64,000 nucleotides of DNA from Cetorhinus maximus (Eukaryota): NCBI RefSeq assembly GCF_964194155.1, contig NC_135887.1, positions 95,418,001 through 95,482,000 of the forward strand, given 5' to 3'. A program made the translations under genes and the position numbers. This document shows, piece after piece, positions 36,631 to 50,780 of this stretch. A model generated the notes under the pieces. It saw only the letters and a list, made by a program, of their open reading frames with translations, was not told the DNA's origin and did no database searches. Every line of letters starts with the position of its first letter. Position 1 is the stretch's first letter.

Positions 36631-39600
36631 GCAAGGGTCAATGCAAAATTTTTACTAAACTTTACATTGAAGGTCTGTATTGAAGAAAACGTAGTTCTTA
36701 CCAGATCTATGATAAATCACTTTTATGACTCAAACTGATGCACTCAAAACCTCTGAACATTTGCTGAAGGGAGGAATTTCCCAGTCAAGATACTAGGATG
36801 GTGAGCAGAGTTCTATGTTTCACTTATTTTCTGACTAGGCAGGGGTGTTTGTTTCCAAGAGATTTAATTATATTGAAGGGTAAGTTAACTTTACATGAAG
36901 CAGTCTTTCAGTATTCAGGATATTCACTGCCTTGTTTTTTTTTCTAATATTGTAATGTTATTCTGAGAGTTCTTTTTACAATTATGTGAATGACATTGGA
37001 ACTTGTAGGGAACATAGAGTAATAAAGTTAACCACCCTAGTACATATCTTTGCGACAATGAAGAAGTTGACAAATACAATGCAATGGTTTGTGACATTTC
37101 GGATGGATATCCTTGGGAGATGGAAGGAATACTACAAAATACATTAAGTTGCACCTATAACATACATAGGGACAGCGTGATTGTACTGAAATAATCTCCG
37201 TGGGTGTCAACATCCTGAAGGTTTCCTCTGTGTAAAAACCCATTAATTTTAACACCATAAAAATAGCAAGTAACCTGTGCCATATATTTTAAAAAATTAA
37301 TGCTGGCCATATTTAAATATAAATAACTTGTAGCGATGTTGCCCTCATCTTGAGGGTCTAGTTTCTTCCTTATTTGAGTAGCTAAATGGAGCAATCAGCG
37401 GTCGCTCTTCTCAGAGGGAAAAAATCAAGATCAATGCAACTCTGCAAAGAAACCTCCTGTAGAGGAGTACTTGGTTTTGACTTCTGTTCTGACTAGAAGT
37501 TAAAATGTTGAAATGAGAAGGAAACATTTTATTTGTAAGAGCGAAAATGCTGAGTTTGTCAGAGACTTACTATCAATTGTCCCCAGCAATAGTATTACTT
37601 GTTCTGTCAAGTGAAACATTTGCTTCAAGCTACAAAAATAAAAGTGGATTTTTCAATCCAAGCAGCGCTTCAGATTGTTAATGAATTTCACAGCAATTGT
37701 CTATATTACAGTTGTAGTTTTCAAGAGCCCTTGTTTTCTTTTAAATGGACAAATCCCCTTGTTTGTGATCATGTGAGTTCACTCCAAGCACAAAACATAA
37801 TAGGGAGGAATTGAAAATGTGATTGTTCGTCTTATGATTCCTTTGTGCTCATTTTCAGTACTTAAATGCAGCAAAATATCAACATCTTGCCTTGATCTCC
37901 TTATTGAATTTGCCCATTTCATCACTAATCGTAAATAACTTAAAAGAGATCACTTCTCCTTCATTCTGTTTTTCCATTGCATGTGTACAAGTCATTTTCA
38001 GCCCAGTAGAGGGCAGTAGATATCTGAAAACATCTTCAGGAGGCATATGAAAATTAATTACACTAAGAATAATTTTAAGGAGAGGATGAGAAAAAGAGCT
38101 CACCACTTAGAACAAATGTGGTTCTATTTTTGACCATTTGGCATTTTTTGACAATTTGAAACCCTGGGAATGGGAATATTCAAAGTATCTGTTGGAGATG
38201 GGTTAGCCTAAGAAATTAACCAGAGCTTTAACTGGGTGATCTTGCTATTCAGTTACTGGAAAGTATATATAATGTCAAAATTGTTTTAATGCAAGCTTAT
38301 TGCTAAATTGTTTTGATTTTCTGTTTTTTTTCAAGCAATATGTTTGAAAACTGGTGATGGTGAAACATTCTTCTGCTTGTTTGAGAATTTGAATATTTTG
38401 TTAACGCTAGTTATTCATCGGACTCAAAAACCTGCAGTTACTGCCTTAATATGGTGCACTGCTGTATGTAACTACTACCTGCTTTCAGTTTTAAGTGCTG
38501 AGTGTTACTGATAGTATCGATTTGGAGGGGCAAGGAGGAAAATTAAGCTTTTAGAAAGTGTGCAAACTAGAATGGGTTTATGTTACTAGTTATATTCAAA
38601 CTTATCATAGAAATGGTGGAAAAGGGGCATGTTTCCAGAAAATAAAAGTCCTCCTTTGAATAAAAGTGACGACTGCAGAACTAGCAGAGGAAACTCTTTT
38701 GGCTGTGTTCACATGAGGGGAATTTGCAGCCACCTGGTAAGCGTAGAAAACCAAACTATGGTGACATGTCTTGTTTAATCATACAAAGCAGTGTTTACTG
38801 AACCCTACAGCACCAGATAAAAATGCACATGGTTGGTTAATGTTTGAAGCTCAGATTCATGTTATACCCAATGTTTCTTGCTGTTGCTATCACTCCCATT
38901 CTTGAGGCTATTAGATATACAGCTAAACTCTACTGCCGATGTTCTGAGATTTGTGTTCTCGAAGGTCATTCAATGAGCAGAGCAGAACCACTTAAAGCAC
39001 TGCTGTCTGACCATACATGGCCACCCAGCTTTTGTGGGACTTTTGCATTCCTAAATCTGTAACGAAGCAGCAATTGTCTGGGAAACAACGGGAATGCTTA
39101 GCTGTAACCACTTGGTTGATTGCACATGATTTTTAAAGGAAATTTAATCAACTTGGGCCCACAGGAACCAAACTTAATATCATTCATAGACAATAATGGG
39201 GAAACAACTCATTTTGTAGATGTTGATTGTAGTTACATTGTAAACTTTGGTGGCCACACATTTTGAGATTTTGTTGGTATGACATTTGCCACATGCAGGT
39301 AACGTGATTGACCTAGTTATGTTCTTGTGGGTTTTAGAAGCATCTTATTAAATTATACCTTTGAGCTCTTAAATTGTTGTTTTACTTTAGAAACTCGGTA
39401 TGGTATTTAAGACAAAATTTGAATGGTTTGTCTGCTCCTGTTCAAAGTATATCTCTGGGCTACAACTTCCATGAGTGGGGCAACTTGTAGCTTGCATAGT
39501 TTGTTAGACCTTATTTTGTATCCTTCAGCTCAAAACATTCTTCCTGCTGCAACTTGCTGGAGTGTGATCTGATAATAACATAGTGAAAGCAATGGAGCAC

Positions 39601-39951
39601 CAGGGACCAACAGTGTATCTCCTTAACCAGTGATTGAAAGATTGAGGAAGATACAGTAACAATAGAGAAGGAGGACGAATTTGTCCAAATCGGGTTCAAT
39701 AACTTGTATTTACATAGCTCCTTTAATAAAGCACTCCAAGGTGCTCCAGAGAAGTTTGATAAAACAAAACATGACACTAAGCCACATAAGGGGATATTAG
39801 GGCAGATGACCAAAAGTTCAGTCAGAGTTAGGTTTTAAGGATAATTTTACAGGAGGAAAATGAGGTCGAGAGGTGGAGAAGTTTAGGAAGGAAATTCCAG
39901 AGCTTAGAACCGAGGCAGCTGAAAGCAGGAGATAATCATGAGGCCAGAATT

Positions 39952-40178
39952 CACCTAGAAGTCACTCACCATCCTGACTTGGAAATATATCGCCATTCCT
40001 TCACTGTCGAATGGTCAAAACCCTGGAAACCCCTCCCTAACAGCGCTGTGGGTGTACCTACAGCACCTAGACTGCAGCGGTTCAAGAAGGGAGCTCACCA
40101 CCACCTTAAGAGCAGCTATGGATGGGCAATAAATGCTGGCCCAGCTAGCGAAGCCTACACCCCGTGAGTGAATAAAAC
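39952..40178 (+). mobile_element. Family B LINE 3' end
   Basis: Matches 4130-4345; agaatt repeated on both sides. Confidence 0.85.
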
Positions 40179-40187
40179 AAGAATTAG

Positions 40188-41800
40188 GGGTATGTGGAAC
40201 ATTCCTTGTTCCAGTCCTACTCCGGCCCCCTCCCACAACTCTTTCTCCGGTACATCGATGATTACTTCGGTGCTGCTTCATGCTCTTGTCGGGACCTGGA
40301 AAAATTTATTAATTTTGCTTCCAATCTCCACCCCTCCATCATTTTCACATGGTCCATCTCTGACACTTCTCTTCCCTTCCTTGCCCTCTCTGTCTCAATT
40401 TCTGATGATAGACTGTCCACCAATATCCATTACAAGCCTACCGACTCCCACAGCTACCTCGACTACAGCTCCTCACACCCCGCTTCCTGTAAGGACTACA
40501 TCCCATTCTCTCAGTTCCTTCGCCTCCGTCGCATCTGTTCTGATGACACTACCTTCAAAAACAGTTCCTCTGACATGTCCTCCTTCTTCTTTAACCGAGG
40601 TTTTCCACCCATGGTCGTTGACAGGGCCCTCAACCGTGTCCGGCCCATCTCCCGCGCATCCGCCCTCACACCTTCTCCTCCCTCCCAGAAACATGATAGG
40701 GTCCCCCTTGTCCTCACTTATCACCCCACCAGCCTCCGCATTCAAAGGATCATCCTCCGCCATTTCCGCCAACTCCAGCATGATGCCACCACCAAACACA
40801 TATTCACTTCACCCCCCCGGCGGCATTCCGTAGGGATCGTTCCCTCCGGGACACCCTGGTCCACTCCTCCATCACCCCCTACTCCTCAACCCCCACCTAT
40901 GGCACCTCCCCATGCCCACGCAGAAGATGCAACACCTGCCCCTTTACTTCCTCTCTCCTCACCGTCCAAAGGCCCAAACACTCCTTTCAAGTGAAGCAGC
41001 ATTTCACTTGCATTTCCCCTAACTTAGTCTACTGCATTCGTTGCTCCCAATGCGGTCTCCTCTACATTGGAGAGACCAAACGCAAACTGGGCGACCGCTT
41101 AGCAGAACACCTGTGGTCTGTCCGCAAGAAAGACCCAAACCTCCCTGTCGCTTGCCATTTTAACACTCCACCCTGTTCTCTTGCCCACGTGTCTGTCTTT
41201 GGCTTGCTGCATTGTTCCAATGAAGCCCAACGCAAACTGGAGGAACAGCACCTCATCTTCCGAATAGGCACTTTACAGCCTTCCGGGCTGAATATTGAAT
41301 TCAACAACTTTAGATCTTAAACTCCCTCCCCCCATCCCCACCCCGTTTCTTCCCCCTCCCTTTTGTTTTTTTCAATAATTTATATAGATTTTTCTTGTCC
41401 CACCTATTTCCATTATTTTTAAATCTACAACTAATACCTTGTCAGTCTTTCCACCCCACCCCCACTAGAGCTGTACCTTGAGTGTCCTGCCATCCATTCT
41501 TAATTAGCACATTCTCTTAGATAATATCACCACCTTCAACACTTCTTTGATCCTTTTGTCTGTGACATCTTTTGATTCTCTGCTCCTATCACTGCTTGCT
41601 TGTCCCTACAACCACCCCACCCTCAACTTCTCTCCCCCCACCCCACCCCCCACCTTAAACCAGCTTATATTTCACCCCTCTCCTTACTACACTCAGTTCT
41701 GTTGAAGGGTCATTGGACTCGAAACGTCAACTCTTCTCTTCTCCACCGATGCTGCCAGACCTGCTGAGTTTTTCCAGGTAATTCTGTTTTTGTTTTTGTT
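40188..41800 (+). mobile_element. Penelope-like element (Neptune-like), 5'-truncated
   Basis: RT FLRYIDDYFG, HYKPTDSHSYLDYSSSHP; frameshift at the poly-C near 40812; Cys linker; GIY-YIG LVYCIRCSQCGLLYIGETKRKL. 9-bp TSD aagaattag (40179-40187, 41801-41809). Confidence 0.93.
41695..41732 (+). ncRNA. Minimal hammerhead ribozyme motif (variant core CUGUUGA)
   Basis: AGUU-CUGUUGA-A-GGGUC-auug-GACUC-GAAA-CG-UC-AACU. Confidence 0.62.
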
Positions 41801-42854
41801 AAGAATTAGAGGAATGCAGGTATCTCAGAGGGTTGTGAGGCTGGAGAAGATTACAGAAATAAGGAGGGACAATACCATGGAGGGATTTTAAAACATGGAT
41901 GAGACTTTCAAAATTGACTCCCAGTTAAGCAAAGATTGAATGTAGATCAGAGAGTACAGGAGTGATGGGTGAACAAGAATTGGTGCGAATCAGGACACAT
42001 GCAGAAGAGTTTTAGCTGACATTGAGTTTCAAGTTTGTGGAGGTGGAACATGGGAGGCTGGCCAGGAATGCATTTGAATAGTTAAGCCTAGAGGTAACAA
42101 AGGTATGATTGAGGGTTTTAGCAACAGATGAGTTGAGACCGAGTGGGTTTGGGCAATGTTATGCAAATAGGAATAGTCTTATTATAGTAATGTGATAGGA
42201 ATGTCAACTTGGGGTCAAGTATGACACCAAAGTTGTGAACAGCCTGGTTCAGCGCCAGATAGTTGCCAGGGAGAAGCATGGAGTTGGTGGCTAGAATATG
42301 GAATTTGTGACAGGGACCAAAGACAGCGGCTTTGGTCTTCCTAATACTTAATTGGAGGAAATTTCTAGTCATTCATTACTGAATATAGGACAAGCAGTCT
42401 GACAATTTAGAGAAAGTGGAGGGGCCAAGAGAGGTAGTGGTGAGGTAGAGCTGGGTGTTGTTAGTGTACACATCAAAACTGATATGTTTCTAGATAATGT
42501 CACCAAAAGGCAGTATGTAGATAAGACGACGGGGACGAGGATTAATCCTTGGGGGAGACCAGAGGTGGTAATGTGTGAATGGGAAGAGAAGCCATTGCAG
42601 GTGATTCTCTGGCTACGATTAGATAGAAGAGAATGAAGCCAGGCGAATGCAGTCTGTTCCAGCTGGACGACATTGGAGAGGCTTTGGAGGAGTATCTTGT
42701 GTCATGTCAAAGGCTGCGGATGAGTTGAGAAGGACAATGAGGGGTAGCTGGTCTGGGGATATGATTCTCATTTAGAGGTTTTAGCTGATTTTAAAATGCG
42801 AGAGATCCCAGATTCATATTCTGGGACAAGCCCTGTTGTGTTGCCATTTGGGTT

Positions 42855-43010
42855 AGATAAAGGAGAAACCAGTGGATGTCATATATTTGGATTTCCAAAA
42901 GGCTTTCGATAAGCTACCATATAAAATATTATTGCACAAGATAAGGACTGAGTTGGGGGTAATATTAGTGTAGATAGAGGATTGGCTAATGGATAGAAAG
43001 AGAGTTGGGA
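42855..43010 (+). mobile_element. CR1 RT fragment
   Basis: DKGETSGC../VDVIYLDFQKAFDKLP (gtggatgtcatatatttggatttccaaaaggctttcgataag). Confidence 0.8.
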
Positions 43011-46000
43011 AACTAGATTCCAACATCTAGGCCTCATTTACACCACGGGTTGAGGTGCCATCAAATCGTTGAAGGTGAGGATGTTAATTGTATATTAATT
43101 GTGTTGGATTATATGCAGGTGGTGGGCATTAACTGGGGATTAATTTGTGCTCCCTACAAATAGACACAGAGTGAAACTGTGATATTTACATTAGGAAGGG
43201 CATGTTTGAAATGCGTATCTCTGTAAATAAATGCTTAGAAATGTGTAAAGATCGACTCAAGTTCTCGCCTTCACTCGCTGGCTTTCTGGAGTATAATAGA
43301 GAAGGCAGGGAGAGGTGCTTAAGAAGACACTTTACAGTAGAGAAAAGAAACTGGGGATTATCTTTGCATTCCAAGATGATCCTTAAATAGCAGTTTTGGC
43401 AGATGAAAGCAGGACCTGGTAGTGCTTTATATTGTCCAGCCAGATGTGGAGGGGAATGTCTAAACCAGTTGCCCACCCTATTTGTTTAAGTCTGCCTTCC
43501 TTGGGCTAATTGTTCCCTTTCCAGGGTGGAAAGGTTGTTTGGCATTACATTAATATCATGTTGTCGAAAGTGTATTTATGTGCTTAAGTAAAAGTCCTAA
43601 CTTCCTGGGTTGAATTTAACTAGAACCATAGAAAAGTTATGGCACAGAAAGAGGCCATTCAGCCCACTGTGTCTTTTGCCGGCCAAGTTTAATGTGCAAA
43701 GCCATTAATTTGTAAATATAGTATGGAGGTTGTGGGTCAGCTACCATTTGTGTGAGGTAAATGGAGTGGCACAAGCCATCCACAAATTTTCAAGACTCAT
43801 GGCTCATGAAATATTAGTTCTTCATCTGAACTTGCTGGCTGATTTGTACATTAAGAAAATGAACTTGCCGTTATTTTTCCAGAATTGTTTGGGCCTCTGT
43901 GTTTCATTTGAACTGCTGACTGATTTAAGTGGTACATGATCAGGAAATGATTATTACAATGCATCACGATTGATGAATATGTCAGTCATACAGTTTTATT
44001 TGTCTAACAGTATGGGTATCAAGCTCACAAAAATGCCTTGCGGTGCATTTGTAATAAATAAACTAGTTGGAGCATTTGATTTTCCTCATGATCAATACTT
44101 AATGTTGTAACCCCTTATTTTAAAAACATTTAAATGCCTCAAATCCAGTTTATAAATAGCCTAAGTTCTTTTAATACATTGTTTTTAAAGTTAAAAATAG
44201 AGTTCTGTTCAGTCATCAAAATATGAAGGTGACGAAAGGCCAAATGCATTGGTTCAGGTGGTTTTGCGGAATGGTTGAAGTAGAAGTTCACTTGAGTTCT
44301 ACCCACATAGAAGGTTCCTAATTCCAGCACGATGATTGGGGTGATAAGAGTTGGGAAGGGAGGTACAAATTTGAGGGAAGTGCTAGTGTCCTGTTTGGGA
44401 CTGGCATCAGAAATGGGTTCTCAGCTTATCCACTGTTGTGAAATATCTATTCTAGATTAATTTGTGGAGGTGGGAGTTTTCTGCTAAATATGGGGCTGGA
44501 AAGATAAACTATCATCAGATGCTACTGCTTGCTGAAAACTGTTACAGCATTTTTGAAATGCTTCCAAAAGCAAAACATATGACTAGACAGTGTAATTAAA
44601 AAAGAAAGGATGTTCAGACATAAAAAGCCATAAATACAGTTAGTGTATTTAATTATTCAGGCTCACCCTTTGAAAGCAGTCTGAGCTGAAAATGGGTATG
44701 CTTCCCTAGTTTTTGAAATTATGGGTTGATTGTTTTGTGCTGCCTTTGCAGAAACCATTGGGAGGTAATATTTGCACAGTTCAGAACATGATTCCTTTCA
44801 GTGGGGGCCATGTCATTGACCTCACTGGTAATAACTCTTAATTCTTTGAGGGCAAATTTTCAAATTAAGATTTGAAAATGTGCATTTCCTGATGTGATAA
44901 ACACATATAATGTTCCTACTCGGACGGAATTCATTCTTGAAGGATTCCCTTGTATTTATTTGCAATTTCTGAATCAGTTCCAGAAAAGTGGTGTAGATGG
45001 TTCTTTACCAGCGTACTGCAGAAGGAATCTGCATAGTTTCTTGTCCAACCTTGTTCTGGACCTTGGATGAAAACTCATTATGATGGGGGAGTGTGTCTAA
45101 TGAAAGCCATATTCTTGAATTCGGGAGAAGAGAAACTTGCTCAACATGCCAGTTGCTCTTGATAACTTCCTGGTGAATGTTTAGAAGCCTGTGAGAAACT
45201 CATCTGCTCATCGAAAACGATGGATGGTGTAAAGGGTTCTAGAACATTCCAATGAAAAAAGGAACAGAAGTTAATAGAAACAAAACAAGTCTTTGTTGAC
45301 TTTAATTTCCCTCTGAGTGGGGTGTGTTTGCAGTACATTACCACATGGTGGTGCTTGAACCCATTAAAAGAAGCACAGCAAGCTTACTTTGCTGCGTCCA
45401 TTTGCTGTCCTCCAAAAACTGTATTAGATATTTGAACGTTTTATATTAAACTCATACATGTTAAACAGAAAATTTGGTGTCTCTGTATAAACTTTAGATA
45501 CTTTTTTTTAATCAAAGCTTTAATCCAATGGTGTAACAGAGGGGTGATGCCCAATGCGGCATGTTCTCAGTTGGGCTATTGAGGATATGTTTTGGAGATG
45601 GTGGTAGCAGGAGGGAGCTGTGTTTTTGCAACCAATGTTGTTGAATCCTGTTCTCAAGAATTTCAGGAAATTTGGGCAGAATTCTGAAGTGTCTTTAAGG
45701 TTATGTTTATTTGATATTAACTCTGGATTAGATGCTGCAGGCCCTGGGGATTTTGGACTTGAAGGAACCTGGATTGCCAACTTGGTGCCTGGTCATGTAG
45801 ACTTGTTTATACTGGAAGAGGAGCTGCTTGAATTGATTTTCCAAAAGGAATGCTGTTTGGTAAATGCTGTTGCTGTTTAACCAGTTAGCCACGCTCCTGC
45901 GCTGCATAAACAGCCCTTCAGTTGTTAACTCTGTCTAGGAGACTGTTGGTGTCAGTTTGTGATTGTGACAAAATGTAAAAATGGGCATGTAATTGGTAAA

Positions 46001-46049
46001 CTAATTTCAATATAATTAAGAAATAAGTGAGCATCCTGGTAGAAAGAAG

Positions 46050-46700
46050 AAGGCCGCATACTCATTGGAATATGAGTCAGATGGGGTAGCGGAGCAGAGT
46101 GATCTAGGGATTGCTGTCACACTTATCACTAATGGTAGCAGTGCAGGTCAATAAAACCATTGAAAAAAAATATCAAAGCACGGTCTTTCATTTCTGGAAA
46201 GACAGAATAGGAAAGCAGAGAAGTTATGTTCAACTTGCATAGAACCTTGGCTGGACTACACTTGGCGTACTGTGCACATTGCAGGTTTCCAGGTTGTAAA
46301 ATGTGTAGAAAGGCACAGGATATTACTAAAACTACCAGGAAAGACTGAATGGATTGAAGCTCTTGTTCCTGGAAAGGAGAAGGCTGAGGGGTAACCTGTT
46401 AGAGATCTTTAAGATTATATAAGAGTTTGATAGGATAGAGGTAGAGACAATGTTCCTAGTTGTCGGAATGAGGGGATTAAAACTGGAAGCCATGAATATA
46501 TGATGGCTTGCCAATAGATACAGTAAGGAATTCCAGGGAAATTTTTTTTCAAACCAGTGTGGTTATAATGTGGAACGTGCTACCACAAGGAATTGTTGAG
46601 GTGAATAGCATTGAGTAATTTAAGGAGAACCTAGATAAGCATATGAAGCAGAAATGAATAGAGGGATATGCAGACATACTTAGGATGGGAGGTGGCTTGG
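46050..46700 (+). mobile_element. CR1 3' fragment
   Basis: gatctaggga..; aggctgaggggtaacctgttagagatctttaagatt; atgtggaacgtgctacca. Confidence 0.7.
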
Positions 46701-46949
46701 TTTTGTTAAAAAAAAATTCTCATTCTTTCATAGGATGTGGGTGTCGCTGGTAAGGCCACTATTTGTTGCCCATCCCTAATTGCCCTTGTGACGAGCATAA
46801 ACACCCACATGGACCTGCATTGAGCAAATTGTCCTGTTTCTGTGCTGTGCATTCTGTGTAATTCAGTGTTAGTTAAAGGACACACGTGAACATTTGTGCC
46901 TGTCAACTACTACAGCCATTCATAGCCAATTATAGCTGGTCCACATAAA

Positions 46950-49525
46950 GCATCACTGTGTTCCGCTCTCCTCAGCCAAAGCTGTTCACTATTTTAGGGT
47001 CATCTGGAATGCACAGGTAATCCTCGGATACTCTTTTTCACTACAGTCAGGCCCAAATTTTCCGGACTGCAGATTATCAGATTCCATGGGAATTGTCTGG
47101 GAAGCTTGAACTTCCTTTGGGTGATTTCCCTGCTTCCCGGTAACCTCTGAAAAAATCTTCAACTCCGAGTTAGAGTCTGAGAGTTCCAACTTACTTACCT
47201 GGATAGTTACCCAGGAAATATTATACATTATGCATTAAAATTGTAGTCTAACTCCTGGGTAGCTATACAACTGACACCCCTCCCCCCACCACCGACTACA
47301 CCCCTTCCCCCGACTCCCCCTCTCTACCCCCCAACTTCCCGCTGACCTGACTGACCTCACTCCGCCCCGCCCCGACCGTACCACCCGATTCCCATCCCGA
47401 CCCCTGACCTCACCACACTGCCCACCTTCCACCCTACCCTCTTACCCACTTACCTTACCCACCCTACCCCTTACCCACCTATACATTCACCTATTCACTC
47501 ACCCATTCAATCAGACACTTGTACAGTAATACACTGAAAAGCTGTTTTAAATGTCCCAGCTTTTCAGTGTGTTAGTGAGCATTCACCAGATTATGGGAAC
47601 TAGTGCTGTTAAAAAGATGTGGCTTGGCTTCCCTCAGTGATCCAGCGCTACGTGGAAGTAATTGGATTGGCTCTGGCGTGGCGCAGCAAAGTAGGTGCAG
47701 AGCGGCAATTCGACAGTGATTGCCGCTTCTTGGAAGATTTGGGCCACAGTCTTCTGAGCTCTCTCTCCATGCCTCTTTTACCTTCACCACTAATAATAAG
47801 TGCGAGGATCTCACTGACTTCTTTATCATTAAGGTTGATGCCATCCATTCAGCTGCCCCCATTGTTTCCCTCCTTTCCTCTCACCCAACAACTGAAACTT
47901 CACCTAAGGTTCTCCCATGCTCTGGCTCTGAAATCACACCTTTCTGTATTCTCTCCTATTTCCATCCGTATCCTCTCCGAGCTCACCTTATCCTGTGGAC
48001 CCACCTCTTGCTCCCTTGACCCTATTCTCACCAAACCATTGACCACTGAGCATCCTTACCTGGCCCAATATTAGTTTACTGTCCTCTTCCTTTCAAATCT
48101 GTCACCAAAACCCTTCTTCAAAAAACCCACCCATGACACATCTGTTGTTGTAAACTACCGCCCCATCACCAACCTCCCTTTCCATTCCAAGTCCTTGCAT
48201 GTGTTATCGCATCCCAAAATCTGAGCCCATCTTTCCCACAAACTTGAATCTCGAACCCTCCAATTGGACTTTCATCCCTGCAACAGCACTGAATCAACCC
48301 ATTTCAAAATCAGAAAAAAAACTCCTCTCTGACTGTGACTTGGTAAACTATCCTTCCTCATCTTTCTTGATCTTTCTGCATCCTTTGAGATGGTTGACCA
48401 CATCATCTTTCTTTTAACGCCTCTCCTCTGTTGAGCAGCTGCTTGAGATCGCCTTCGCCTGGTTCCATTTTTATTTATCTATTGGTAGCCAGACTATTAC
48501 TAGCAATGGCTTCCCCTCCTGCTCCCACAACATTACCTCTGTAGTCCGCTAAAGATTAATCCTTGGTCTCCTTATCTTACTTATCAAACATCTGTCTCTC
48601 AGAGACATCATCTGAAAATACACTGTCAGATTCCACATGTTCTCTGATGATACTGAGTTCTACTTTACCACTACCTCTTTCAACTTCTTCACTGTCCCTG
48701 ATTTTTTTAAACATCTTGTGTGACATCCAGTACGGATTTGGTCCCCATCACCAACTCCATTCCCCAGTCACCGACTCCATCCCTCTCCCTGGCTGTGACT
48801 GTGGCTGAATCAGACCATTGGAAATCCTGATTCTAAGGTGAGCTTCAGACTACATATTGCACCATCACAAGCAAACTCAATTTCCATCTCCGTAACATTA
48901 CCCGACTTTGTCCCTGCCCCAACTGATCTGCTACAGAAACCTCATCCATCCATTTGTTACCTCCAGACTTGACTATTTTAATGCCTCCTGGCTGGCTCCT
49001 ATCTTCCACCCTCCAAAAAGCTTGAACACATCAAACACTTTGCTGCTTGTATCTTAATTTACACCAAATCCCATTCATCCATCACGACTGTGCTCGTTGC
49101 CTTACGTTGGCTCCCGGTTAACCAGCATCTCAATTTTAAAATTCTCATCCTTGTTTTCAAATCGATCTGTGGTATCACCCCTCCCTATCTTTGTAACCTT
49201 CTCCAGCCCTAAACCCTCAATCTCTGCTCCTCTTCCAATTTTGGCTGCTTGTGCATCCATGATTTTAATTGCTCCACTGTTGTCAGCCCTGTCTTCAGTT
49301 ATCTGGGCCCTAAGCTCTGCAATTACTCCCCCGATCTCTCCATTTCTCTTGCTTTCTTACCTCCTTTAAAACGCTCTGAAAAACTACCTCTCTGGCCAAG
49401 CTTTGGTCAGCTGTCCTGATACCTCCTTATGTGGTTTGGTATTAGATTTTGTTTGATAACACTCCTGTGAAACACTTTGGATGTTTTACTATGGTAAAGG
49501 TGCTATATAAATTAAGTTTGTATTG
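46950..49525 (+). mobile_element. L2 ORF2 fragment and 3' end, interrupted by a MITE
   Basis: PTSCSLDPILTK, NYRPITNLP (aactaccgccccatcaccaacctccc), LRWLPVNQHLNFKILILVFK, tail ggtgctatataaatt. Confidence 0.85.
47050..47745. mobile_element. MITE, PIF/Harbinger-like
   Basis: TIRs ggcccaaattttcc / ggaagatttgggcc (13/14). 3-bp flanks tca/aca. C-rich simple-repeat core. Host L2 continuous across it. Confidence 0.7.
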
Positions 49526-50249
49526 TAGCTAAAGTATTATAGCCATTGTTCATGCAAATATTTACATTTGCATTGATATCAGCATTTGAATCCAACTGTG
49601 TAGATTTTTGCCTTTTACTAAATTTGCTTGTCCTAGTTTGTGACTAGCCCACTTATCAACAGAGTCATTTCTAGCATGAAAAAGATTCAAACAAGAATCT
49701 CATTGGCCCAAAATTATTCGATGCTATATGAGCTGTGGCATGCTAAATGAAAGTTAGATGCTACTCTGTTTTGCAAGGTTTAAATTTATTAGCACCTTAT
49801 TACAACATATTGGAAAGGAATTATGGCATTGAAACAGAGCATTCAGCCCAACAGGTTCATGCTGGTGTCTATTGTCCACATGAGCCTCCTCCCATTCCTC
49901 CTTTTCTAATCCCACATATGTTTCCTGTATTTTGTCGCAGTCCTCCACTGTATTAAAATCAATGACTCTGCATTAACTAAAGGTTTGGATACTAAAACCT
50001 AGTTTTCTCTTTTGTCTCTAGTAATCTGTTTACTGAACATCTGTTCTTAAACAGGTATTTTTAGTTAAGTTTCCGATATCGATCCTTCATTCACAACTTG
50101 AGCTGTGAAGTTTGACTGACTAATTTATGTTTTGAACACTAGAATAAACGCTAATTCTTTTCCACTTCATTTCACCACTGCTCCGTAGGACAAGCTCAGG
50201 TGGCATGGGCTTTGAGGCCGCATTAATTAAATATTGGAATCTCCCACTC

Positions 50250-50780
50250 ACAGCTGTAAGCCCTCACGAGTCAGGAGTATGATGAAGTACTCTCCCCTTG
50301 CCTGGGTGAGTACAGCTCCAACAACACTCAAGGAGCTCAACACCATCCAGGCCAAAGCAACCTGCTTGATCAGCACCCCATCAACCACCTTAAACATTGT
50401 CCCCCTCCACCACTGGCACAGTGGCAGCAGTGTTTACCATCTACAAGATTCAGTGCAGCAAATCACTGGGGCTCCTTTGAAAACGCTTTCCAAACCCATG
50501 ACCTCTTCCACCTCGAGGAACAAGCACAGAAGATGCATGGAAACACCATCACTTGCAAGTTTTTCTGAGTCACATACCATCCTGACTTTGAACTATATTC
50601 TCATTCCTTCACTGCCGCTGGGTCAAAATCCTATAACTTACTCCTTAATAGCACTGTAGATGTACCCATATACAGTTGACTACAGTGGTTCAAGAAGGTG
50701 GCTCAACGCCATCTTCTCGAGGGCAGTTTGGGATGAGCAATAAATGCCGGTCTATCCAGCAATGTTCACATTCCAGAAAC
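50250..50780 (+). mobile_element. Family B LINE 3' fragment
   Basis: VRSMMKYSPLAWVSTAPTTLKELNTIQAKA. Confidence 0.85.

Larger units (their letters stand above)
39695..42745 (-). mobile_element. L2 fragment interrupted by two nested insertions
   Basis: L2 tail at 39695-39950, resumes at 41810; MTRNFLQLSIRKTKAAVFGP..NFGVILDPKLTF. Confidence 0.8.

Noticed and set aside
37030-37200. Protein-looking frames (YLCDNEEVDKYNAMVCD; ILGRWKEYY)
   Set aside because: Short, no convincing splice sites, no recognisable family; may be old LINE debris.
45340-45360. CTCF-like motif ccacatggtggtgc
   Set aside because: Three mismatches to the core consensus; expected by chance.
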